Source: Podarcis pityusensis
Lineage: Eukaryota
DNA: 64,000 nucleotides
Assembly (NCBI GenBank): GCA_964106645.2
Contig: OZ067053.1
Reading direction: 5' to 3' (one strand)
Made by a program: the position numbers and the translations under genes. A model generated the notes under the pieces. That model made no database searches. It saw nothing but the letters and a program-made list of their open reading frames with translations, and was not told the origin of the DNA. Shown piece after piece: positions 10,601 to 20,106 of the stretch. How positions within the stretch are numbered: the first letter of the stretch is position 1; each line of letters begins with the position of its first letter.

Positions 10601-13600
10601 TTCAGGGCATGATTAAGATGTTTCTTGCCAAAAGGCGTATTTTGCCCTCCTAGGGGTGCCAGCTTGGTTATTTTGACCCCATAGCACCATCTGCCTCGGC
10701 TGCAGCCAAATCTCTGAAGATGCTGCATCCCATTCCTGGATCCTGAGTTGTGATTCTTGTGATAATGGTTTTATTTCAGCCAGATTGGAGCACTGCCCAG
10801 CCCCGTCTCCTCCCCCACCCCATATTGATATTACTACATTTATTAGCTGAAATTTGCTTTTGTGGATGATCTGCCATATCGCACCTCCCAGCCACCCCAG
10901 CCTTGCTTCCCTTCCTTGTGAAATCTTCCTTTCCCCCTCCCCCGCTTTTCTGTCTGCCTTCCACTATCCGCTCTGCGCACGTCACTTGCTTTTCTCTGCC
11001 CCCGGGGCTCTAGGACCTCAGGATGCGCAGCCTTTTCCATCCTCTCAAGTTCCCCTTGTGCACTGCCACCCTCCTTTGAGCCTGCCATGCTGAGCCACCT
11101 TGCTCGTGGCCTTGCCTGCTTCTATATTTATATATTGTGGCTCCCCGATGCTGTACCTGGAAGTACCATATTGCACAGAGGCACGTGGAAGTCTTTCTTT
11201 TGGAGAATTGAAGCTAAGCTGCTAAATCCTGGGGTGCCCCTGGTGCGTTTGGCTCTCACAGATGGCTGGTTAGCCAGTGACGGGTAAGATTCCTTGCGGA
11301 AGGAACAACCTAAGACAGGCACAGTCGCACAGTGGCCAAACGGAGCCCTTCCGCCCGCCTCCGGGGAAGTTGGCAAACACAAGGCACCAGAACCCTCCTT
11401 CACAGGCTTGTCGTCGGCGAGTAGCTTTTGGACAGCCTCTGCGCCGTTTCTAATGGGGAGACTTTTGCTTCTTGATGATCTGGGAGTGACGATGGTGCTG
11501 ACTCTGGGTGGAGCAGCAGCAGCAGCAGCAGACTGAAGTGACAAGCTTCTTGCAAGTAAAACTCTTGCTCCCTCAGTTGTGCACTTGGAAGTCCTGTTTG
11601 TGTGGCCAAGGCATCTGTATCTCTGCAGGGTTGGAGCGTCAAGAGGGGCAGTGTGGAGGATGGATGAGGCTGTGCATCAGTAGGGAGGAGTTTCCAGGCC
11701 TTTTTTTCTTTGTTTCCATCACTCTGGCGTCCCTCTGCTTCTCCCTCCCCCACCCGCATCTTCCATGGTCATTAATTAGATTTGGGCCTTGATGCAGGAA
11801 CTCTCCCAAAGCTGTTTTAAGTTGGGTGCCAGGAAGTTGGCTCAGGCATCTCCATGACCAGTGGGAATTCTTGTCCATTCCCCTACTTTCCCTTCCCTGC
11901 CCCTGCCCTCTGGCCTCAGTGGAGCGCTCCTCCTATAAATTGAGCCATGCGGGTGAGTACACACTCAGGTAAGTGCAGAGGGAGACTTTGAGTAGCATGG
12001 CTTTGGAGACTTCTGCCTCTCGCACCCGTGTGCATGTGTAAAACTACCACGGGAACAGTACCAGAGCATTTTACTTTAAAGACTGTGTTCTGCTACCTAC
12101 TAATTTTTTGAAGTTGGCTAACTGTCACTCGCCCTTGTATGGTATCAAGTGACAGAACCATAATAATAAAATTGATCAACTTTTCCCTTAAATTGTCTGG
12201 CAATATTAAAGGAAAGCTGACTCAGCATTTTCTCCTAGGTGAGACTTGAGTCAGATTTTAATACGCAGGGTGGGAAATGTCAAATATAATCAGATGTCTC
12301 TTTAAACTGGATTGCAGTAGTTCTCTAATCCAGCATAAGCAGTACAATCCTTTTAACCCCATTCGTGTTGCTTCTTCCGTGGCTAACGGAAGATGCAGAG
12401 CCTAATACGGTTCCACGTGCAGCTTTAGCAACCCGTCCCTGATTTTGTACACGTTCTACCTTTGTTTAAAATGCTTGTACGTGTAAATTTCTTAGGCTTC
12501 CAAAGAAACATACAGTTTGAGAGCCTTGGGCGGGGGGCTTTTGTTAAAAGATTCTGGTAATGCCACCATTTTGTGGTGTTTCTCCATGCTCCTAAGAAAG
12601 CCCAGATGCGTGGAATGAAACTTGTGGGACCTGTCTCCTAAGTTCTTCCAGTTGGGGAGCTGGTTGTTGCTCTGTAATTCAGAATCCAGGAAGTGAGGTG
12701 TGGTGAGGGTTCTGAATCACCAGTGGGCAGCCTATATAATTTGGTGGGCATCTGTTTGGCCCAGGATAACAAATTGATAACTCTCCACCTCCTGACAGCA
12801 GTTGAGGCAACTTCTTTTTGCAAGACTGCCCATCTTGGTTTTAAAGAATGCTTTAGAGAATGATGGCCAGTGGCCAGGGTGGGTAGAGGCCACAACAGGA
12901 TGTAGTTCAGGTAGCACTGGCTGAGGTAGGAAGATGGTGGTAGCAGAAGGTGGGGACCACCCAGGTAGGTCACGGGTGGGGGGAGGGCAGTGCTCTTGGG
13001 GCACAAAGCTCTTTCATTCACTCCTTTTCCCCTTTCTGACAGCGCCATCCGCGAACGGTTTCCAAAGCTGCTGAGGCTGGTGAGTGAATTGTTCAAATTC
13101 CAGGTGGATTCTGAGCCAGCTTTTGTATCTGACAGTACTGTTGCCTTACCCTTCTGCCTCTCCCATCACAGGACGGCCATGAACTCCCCCCTCCTATTGC
13201 TTTTGATCTCGAAGCACCTACCACGCTTCCCCCTACTAAGGTACAGAAATGCTTGGAAGGGGCAGGGGAGAGGGCCTGTGTTGCTGTTGCCCTGAGAAAG
13301 CTGGCGCCTTTCGAGCCCTTGCTTCAGTCCCATTGCTCGGTGTGGGCTGTGGCATAGGATGCCTTAGGGCTGGTGCTGAGTGGGTACTGGGTAGATTTTG
13401 CTTGGTGTTTGGGAGGAATGGAGGGGAACAGATTAACACCCGGCTTCTCTCTTTGACTCTCCCCACTCAGGGAAGCTATTTTTGCTCTGAAGACTTAAAA
13501 GTGTTGATCCTGCGATTTCTGCAACAGTAAGTAGAGTTGCAAGGTCTTGTACGTTAAAGAAAACCAGAGCCCCTGCCAACAAGTTTATAACCTGGGGGTT

Positions 13601-16600
13601 TTGGCACACACAAAAAGGGGAGCTGGAGAAAAAAAAGAGAGGGTAAACATCTTAAGTTTTAAGTTAGTTCCTGGGAAGAGGGTAGTGGTAATGATGCTGG
13701 CTGGCATTTGAAAACCAGGGTTTGAAATTGCATTCCAGTGTTTAAAACTTGGCTAGCAAAAAGGATCACTGACAGTACTGTAATTGAAAGAAGCAAAAGG
13801 GTTTATTGAGGCACAGTACCCCATAAAATAGGAACGCAAGTGGCGCTATGGTATAACCCACTGAGCCTAGGGCCTGCCGATCGCAAGGTCAGCAGTTCGA
13901 ATCTCCGCAACGGGGTGAACTCCCGTTGCTCAGTCCCAGCTCCTGCCAACCTAGCAGTTCAAAAGCACATCAAAGTGCAAGTAGATAAATAGGTGCCGCT
14001 CTGGCGGGAAGGTAAACGGTGTTTCTGTACGCTGCTCTGGTTTCGCCAGAGGCGGCTTAGTCATGCTGGCCACATGACCCGGAAAAACTGTCTGTGGACA
14101 AACGTCAGCTCCCTCCGCCAGTAAAGTGAGATGAGCACTGCAACCCAAGAGTCATTCGCGACTGGACTTAACTGTCAGGGGTCCTTTACCTTTACCTTTT
14201 TACCCAATACAATGGAAATAACGTAATAGAAATAATAAAGTGGCTAAAGCCTCTCTTCTATTCTGGCTGTTTCTTTAGCAATGTTTGTATTTTCCCACAG
14301 ATACTACACTGTCTATGATTCTGGGGACCGGCAAGGGTTATTGGATGCCTACCACGATGGAGCCTGCTGCTCCCTGAGCATCCCCTTCTCACTACACAAC
14401 CATTCCAGGTAAGTTTACACTTCTGACATTTGTTCCCTTGCCATGGGAGAGGACTGCACGTTGCCCTACTACACTGTGCTTTGGTTTTGGGGTGACATGG
14501 TGTGAGACAGGCTGTGTGCACCCTCTCCAAAGTTTCTGTGCCAAGATGTGGGGTATTTTGCAACCTATACTAAGTAAACAAGAGTTGCTTGTATTAGTCA
14601 CAAGGAGATTCAGAGAGCTGTGTGTGGATCTTGCACATGCCTCCCATTCAAGTATTTCACGCTTTGCAAACATGAAATCTTTTTGTAAGATGCCATACAT
14701 TTGGTTGCATTGTGTTGATTGGGAAGAAGATTTGGTGTTCAATAAATCTAACTAGACTGTTCAGAGGGCAGGGATTTGTGGTGCTTCCACAGCTTGCTTT
14801 TTAAAAAATCCTCATACCAAGAGAGAGACTAAGTTGAAAGTACATGGAGCTGCTTGCTTTACTTTGGAGCCAGCTTGGGATTTAACCCTCAGCACTCTGC
14901 CTCCAAATCCAACATTTTGCCTACTGCAGCCAAGTATACACCTCCTGCTATGTAAAGAAAGACCTGGGGAAATGGGTAGGCGTTTATGTTCTTGTTTTGT
15001 CTTCAGGAGCACTCTGGCTGAATACTTCAAGAACAGCAGGAATGTGAAGAAGCTTAAGGATCCCAGTAAGTAATGACCAGTGGCAGGGGTGGGGTGGGCG
15101 TACAAGGCTACAGACTCTTTTAAGGACAGTGTGTAATCAGAAGTGTTTCATGGGAGACGGGCCCTGCACAGTGATTCTGCTGCGGAGGTTGGGATCCCAA
15201 TGCACAAAAGAGGGGAGGTGCAATGGTGAAAGGATTTGGGACAATGCTCAAATCCGCACTGAAGCCCTTCATTCGTAGCAGTCCAGTTGTGGAAGAGGAT
15301 AACAGAAAAGCCCCTGATTAAAGTGAATAAACTGTATTGGTTGGCTGTTTTGGAACAAGAGCAGTGATTTGTTTATTTTTTAGGGTTGGGGCAGACGCTC
15401 CTACATTAGTGGATTGTCCCCCCCCCCCCCACACGTATCTGCTGCTGGTTTCTCCACTTTGGGTTTAGTTCAGTGAAGGTAGTAATTGACCTGCCCTCTG
15501 CTCTTTCTGCCCCCAGCCATGCGCTTCAGGCTCCTCAAGCACACAAAGCTAAATGTTGTGGCCTTCCTTAGCGAGCTCCCGAAGACTCAGCATGACATCA
15601 ACTCCTTTATTGTGGACGTCTGTGCCCAAACGGTGAGTCGGGAGAAGGAACTGGCCAAGCACTTACCACCTTTCAAGGAGTAGGTGAGGTCAGTGGGCAA
15701 CAGGAAAGATGAGGGATGGGTTGTTGGTTGGCTGGAAATTTGACTTGCCCCTGGTAGCCGATGGGAGTTGAGAAAAATTGCTCCCTCTATGCAGGGTCAA
15801 AATATGTGTTGTTCAGCTGGAAATCTTGGAATCTGGAACAAAGTATTATTCCCCCCCCCCAATAAGTACATACCCCGCTATTGCTGCTCACTTTTCAATA
15901 AAACAAAGGCAATTTACTTCCAGGAAAACCATCCATCGATCTCTTTTTATGCTGCTACTGTTTCAGTCCTTTTAGCCTGTTTTCAGTTGGCATGATTGTA
16001 ATTGTTTCTATTGCTGTGTATTTATCTTGTAAGCGGCTGTGAGTATTTCATAACAGAAAGGTGGGGTATACATCTTGATGTTAAACGATGTATATAACAT
16101 CTGTGTGGGTTGCTGCCACAATCTCTTTGGCCTTGAGACCCTTCTTTTCTCATTGCAGAACACGCTCCTGTCTTTCACCGTCAATGGGGTCTTCAAGGAG
16201 GGTGAGTGTGCTGTTAAAAGGCTGCTTTGTGACACATCCTGAACAGTGGGAAAGCCAGAACACTTGCAGCACCCAGTGCCCCTTCTTGAAAACTCTAACC
16301 TGCGCTTTCTTTCTAAATTCTACAGTGGATGGCAAGTGTCGCGACTCAGTGCGCGCTTTCACCCGTGTGTTCATCGTTGTGCCTGCTGGCAATAATGGGT
16401 AAGGGCTATGAGCTTCAGGGCATTGACAAATCCAGGGATTGCAAGACAGGTGTGTCTCTGAAAGGGGAAGGTATTGGGAGGATGATGAAATATTTATAGG
16501 GGGATGAGAGACAGAGCCTTAGCAGCCATGTCTGTCAGGAGCTGGGAATGTCAAAGGCTTTTAAAAACAGCCCATGTGCTGGAGGCATTGGGGGATTGGC

Positions 16601-18629
16601 CAGCTTATGGAGGAGCAATCTGATTTCTCCCAGTGATTTATATCTGTACTGGTGAACCACTGGCCAATTTCTAGGGGACAGCCTGGCGCTGGTTGGGGAA
16701 GGGCCCTAGCTCAGTACTAGAGCATCTGCTTTGCATGCAGAAGGTCCTAGACTTAGTCCCCAGTATCTCCAGGTAGGGCCGGGAAAAATTATCACCTGAA
16801 ACCCTGGAGAGCTGCTGCCAGTCAGTGCAGGCAATACTGAGCTAGACCCAACAGTCTGACTTGGTGTGAGGCAGCTTCGTGTGTCACAATTCTTGCAAAA
16901 GATGTGGGGCTAGCATTGATTTTGGCATTTTCAGAAAGCACGTTAATGTTTAGAAGCAGGGGGGATGACAGATTAGTCATGCCTTACTTAACAGTTACAG
17001 TGTTCCAAAGTATATATTCTCAGTAAAATTTAAAGTGGTTCCTTGCAGCACAGTTTTAAAAGCCAGGCCATCAAGATAGGTTGATTGCCACTTGTCGAAT
17101 CTAGCGACAATTCCTTTTTGCTGTAGTTGACTTTCCACAAGAACAGTGGGAGCACGGTTCAAAGAAAACATCATGCTGGTGTGTCCCATTTTTTTCTCTG
17201 ACTTCAGGACCCATTTTGCTGAACATTGGCTAGATGCACTTTTAATATTTGCCGCGCTTTTTGCTACTGTTAGAATATGGCGACCTTCTCTCCTTGGTGA
17301 AGGCAGATGCAAGTATAGTGTCTAGCTGTTGCTCCTTTATTTATGGGAGCATCCTGCAGTGCTTGGCAAGAGATACAAGCAAGCAAGCTGTAGGAGGCTC
17401 TGTGTATGCATTAGCAGATCCTAACCTCTTCTTGCCATCAGAGGGGTGGCCAGGAATAGTCAGGTCTCAGACTGAAAGGGTAGAAGGCAAAAGGGGCCAT
17501 CCTTATGTTGGGTGTAGGCTTGCAGCCCATTCATTAACCACTCCTGGCTCTTTTCCCCTCCTCTGCAGGCTGTGCATTGTGAATGATCAGCTATTCATTC
17601 GTAAGGCCACCAACAAGGAAATCCGCAAAGCTTTCGTCATGCCAGCGCCCACGCCCTCCTCCAGCCCGGTGCCCACGCTCACGGCAGAGCAGCAGGAAAT
17701 GCTGCAGAATTTCTCACTGCAGTCGGGCATGAATCTTGAGTGGTCTCAGAAGTGAGTCTGGAGTTGCTGGGGGCTGGCAGTTGGGAAAAAGGAGTGGGAG
17801 GTGGTCTTGAGATTAGGGTGGGGGGCAGGGAGGGAAAAGCGGTTGCAAAATGAGATTAGGTTAGGCTGCTGTCTCATGACTTTATCATCTCTCCCTACCC
17901 TTGCCCAGGTGCCTCTTGGACAATGATTGGAACTATGCTCATGCGGCCCAGGTTTTTACCCAGCTCAAGGTGAGTGCCCTGGTGCCTTTCTAGAGTGAGA
18001 CCACCAGAACCTGCTGCCAGGCTTAAGAACTGGAGTCAGAAAGTGATGGCTGGGGTGGATTTGCACTGCACTGCAGTTCTGTTACAGGGGAGAAGCCTGG
18101 GTGCCTTTTCCTTCATTCTCAGGGTCTGATGTGCCGTATTTGAGGGTCATGTTTCCCCCCAGAGGAAGTTTGCAAGGAAAGCCATCCCCCTATGTAATAT
18201 GCCTTGATGTGTGTATTCGGAGTTATTTGAAGCGAGAGCATCCAGAAACCATTGCTGTTGGTTTTTGCTCTTTTGCTTTTCATCCATAGTGCAGTAATGA
18301 GAAGCTGATATGTAGCAGACTTTGCCTTTGGACGGGTGACTGTCCTTAGAATATTTTGTCCCCTTACTGGCCTCTTAACTGACCTTTGGAAGAGGAGTCA
18401 AGTCCGGATTTGGGAAAACCTTTTTATCACAACCCTGTGAGCCTGGGGAAAACCCCTGGGTTCTGTTGACAGCTTCATGTTTGTTTGTCTCCTTGTTAGA
18501 ACCAGACATGGAAGAGAGGTGGTTTTTGTTAACTTCTTACTCTTCCTTTTCTCTTCTTTTCTCTTCCTTTTCTCTTCTTTTCTCTTCTAGGCTGAGGGGA
18601 AGATCCCAGAAGTGGCTTTCATCAACTGA
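1425..18629 (+). CDS. NXF1: Nuclear RNA export factor 1 (TAP), 21 coding exons, 1878 nt / 625 aa
   Basis: Exons 1425-1455, 2800-3013, 4265-4406, 7412-7495, 8486-8590, 9002-9082, 9437-9506, 9658-9746, 10216-10323, 10424-10533, 13043-13079, 13172-13240, 13471-13526, 14301-14408, 15007-15065, 15517-15632, 16159-16201, 16326-16398, 17569-17751, 17909-17969, 18591-18629. All GT-AG and phase-consistent. Peptides match NXF1 RRM, LRR, NTF2-like and UBA domains ([67 protein letters not shown]). Confidence 0.97.
2800..3013 (+). CDS. NXF1: NXF1 exon 2
   Basis: EHDDRV...RKGRGPFR...[13 protein letters not shown]; ag acceptor, gtaagt donor. Confidence 0.95.
3152..3269. repeat. Palindromic fold-back MITE; relatives at 5222-5340 and 24920-24965
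   Basis: Inverted arms of about 50 bp: GTTGTATCAGCTAAGTTCCACTCAG / CTGAGTGGAACTTAGTTGGATACAAC. Confidence 0.8.
4265..4406 (+). CDS. NXF1: NXF1 exon 3
   Basis: YTPYGRPNR...SWFKVT; cag/gtaagt. Confidence 0.93.
5761..5888 (-). mobile_element. CR1 LINE 3' end
   Basis: ATAGAATCATAGAG repeat and GAAGGGACC...GGTCATCTAGTCC typical of the CR1 terminus. Confidence 0.75.
7412..7495 (+). CDS. NXF1: NXF1 exon 4
   Basis: [28 protein letters not shown]. Confidence 0.95.
8486..8590 (+). CDS. NXF1: NXF1 exon 5
   Basis: [35 protein letters not shown]. Confidence 0.93.
9002..9082 (+). CDS. NXF1: NXF1 exon 6
   Basis: [27 protein letters not shown]. Confidence 0.93.
9437..9506 (+). CDS. NXF1: NXF1 exon 7
   Basis: [23 protein letters not shown]. 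Confidence 0.95.
9658..9746 (+). CDS. NXF1: NXF1 exon 8
   Basis: [30 protein letters not shown]; weak donor gtcatc. Confidence 0.9.
10216..10323 (+). CDS. NXF1: NXF1 exon 9
   Basis: LRR: [17 protein letters not shown]...[10 protein letters not shown]. Confidence 0.95.
10424..10533 (+). CDS. NXF1: NXF1 exon 10 (110 nt)
   Basis: [25 protein letters not shown]; precedes the CTE intron. Confidence 0.95.
11248..11340 (+). promoter_or_regulatory. Constitutive transport element (CTE) RNA stem-loop in NXF1 intron 10
   Basis: GCCAGTGACGGGTAAGA...AACCTAAGACAGGC (11273-11320) matches the MPMV/SRV CTE internal loop; apical stem TTCCTT/AAGGAA; outer stems GGCTG/CAGTC and TTTGGC/GCCAAA. Confidence 0.93.
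13043..13079 (+). CDS. NXF1: NXF1 exon 11 (37 nt)
   Basis: [12 protein letters not shown]. Confidence 0.95.
13172..13240 (+). CDS. NXF1: NXF1 exon 12
   Basis: [23 protein letters not shown]. Confidence 0.95.
13471..13526 (+). CDS. NXF1: NXF1 exon 13
   Basis: [19 protein letters not shown]. Confidence 0.95.
13831..14200 (+). mobile_element. Sauria SINE
   Basis: tRNA-like head with B-box GTTCGAATC, body shared with the 36291 and 59020 copies, (ACCTTT)n tail. Confidence 0.88.
14301..14408 (+). CDS. NXF1: NXF1 exon 14
   Basis: [29 protein letters not shown]. Confidence 0.95.
15007..15065 (+). CDS. NXF1: NXF1 exon 15
   Basis: [19 protein letters not shown]. Confidence 0.95.
15517..15632 (+). 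CDS. NXF1: NXF1 exon 16
   Basis: [38 protein letters not shown]. Confidence 0.95.
16159..16201 (+). CDS. NXF1: NXF1 exon 17
   Basis: [14 protein letters not shown]. Confidence 0.95.
16326..16398 (+). CDS. NXF1: NXF1 exon 18
   Basis: [25 protein letters not shown]. Confidence 0.95.
16697..16880 (+). mobile_element. tRNA-Ala(TGC)-like SINE; related copies near 28655-28805(-), 40910-41085, 49100-49275, 51080-51225(-), 56685-56830(-), 57488-57640
   Basis: TAGCTCAG..AGAGCATCTGCTTTGCATGCAGAAGGTCC head and CTGGAGAGCTGCTGCCAGTCAGTG body repeated across the window. Confidence 0.75.
17569..17751 (+). CDS. NXF1: NXF1 exon 19
   Basis: [11 protein letters not shown]...[13 protein letters not shown]...[11 protein letters not shown]. 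Confidence 0.95.
17909..17969 (+). CDS. NXF1: NXF1 exon 20
   Basis: [20 protein letters not shown]. Confidence 0.95.
18591..18629 (+). CDS. NXF1: NXF1 exon 21 (last coding)
   Basis: [12 protein letters not shown] after a long pyrimidine tract. Confidence 0.95.
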   Translation, partial: AEGKIPEVAFIN

Positions 18630-18698
18630 GCGTTTGCCACCATTGCCCTTACCAAAGCCAGCCAAGCAGCGTTTTATCCTTTGGGTTCTTGTTTTGTA

Positions 18699-18704
18699 AA
18701 TAAA
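18699..18704 (+). terminator. Proximal polyadenylation signal of NXF1
   Basis: AATAAA 70 nt after the stop; further ATTAAA near 18724 and 19412 may serve longer 3' UTRs. Confidence 0.55.
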
Positions 18705-20106
18705 TGAAAGTTTCACTATGTAAATTAAAGAGACTCCTACCCTGTTGTGACTGTGAAAGCTGCACCTGTCCGTGTTGCCATTGGACTGTGGGCAAAAGCA
18801 GTGAAAACAGGCCCTTGTGGAAGAGGCAGCACCTCCTGCCTGCAGCGGCAGATGGCGTGAAGAATTGCTGTGTACACTGATTTTCTAACAGACACTGACG
18901 ACCATGGAAATCTGGAGGAAAGGCACTTGGATCATTTTTGGGTTCTCCCGCCTCCCTTTTAATTTGAAAAGCTGATTTTTAGCATACCCCGCCCCCCGCT
19001 GCTACCGACTTGGGAGTTGAGTCTTCTATGTGCCTAGAGTAAGAAGTAGTCAGTAGTTCCCAACATGCAACAAGGGTTATATCCCTAGAGGGCAGGGGGA
19101 ATGGTAAACCTCCTAAAAGGCAGCGGCGGCAGCAGCACCACCCCTGTGTCCTTTGAGGCACAATTGATCATCCTGATGGTGCCAGAGGGAGTGGGTTTCC
19201 TAGTTCTAGGTTGCTTTAGAGGACTTTAGGTATGTGAGACCCTGTATGGATGGATGGCCTCTGAAGCACAGCCCTTGCAGGACGTCGGATTTGCTGTCAC
19301 TCACTGCTTAAATGAGAAGAAGCTTTGGGGTCTGCACACCTAGCAAGCTGTAGCTTCCGTGTTTCTTTTCTGCCTGTAGTTCTTGAAAACACTGTGTTTA
19401 GTAAAATTGTTATTAAAACCATGCTGTGCATTCATGTGATGGTGTTCTAAACTAGAGATAAGATCACTTCCTTTTACTATGTGGATTTCTTTTTCCGTTT
19501 TGGCCATGCACGACTTATGATTGTGGAAGTTCTGTCAAATGTACAAATTATGTAAATAAGAATATCTTCCCATCTTTCACATCTTATTACTTTAAAAAGA
19601 AGTGTGTGTAGGGAAGTCCTAATGCTTTGGCCTCCTGACCTGCGTTTATCCTGCTTCCTCTGAAAAGGAGAGCAAGGTTATGTTAACTTTTATTTCTCCC
19701 CTGTGGAAGATGGCTCCTCTTGCAGCCCTGGAGATCTGCAAGATCCCCTGCTCCGTGTTATAGACAGAGACGTCACTCAATGACCCAGGAGCCTTGGACG
19801 AAGCTTTATTTTTTAAGACTGTGATGGAGAAGGGTGTTATCCAACACTGAATTGTGCTTAGGTGACCAGAATTAGTTGGAAGGGGACTCACAACTCAAGT
19901 CCAAACCCTTTATCAGTGCAGGGAATCCACTGCTACAACAACCCTGATAGATAGCTATCAACTTTTAGTCTAAATCCTTTTTAAAAAAAATTATTTTATT
20001 TTCATTGTTTAAACAAAATTTAGATACAATTTTTTTTAGTCTAAATCCTATTGTAATTTGAACCTGTCAGTTTGGGTCCTACCCTCTGAGCAACAGAAAA
20101 TAAATT

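Noticed and set aside
12115-12235. H/ACA snoRNA in NXF1 intron 10
   Set aside because: Two hairpins and an ANANNA-like linker, but no correctly placed ACA box or clear pseudouridylation pockets.
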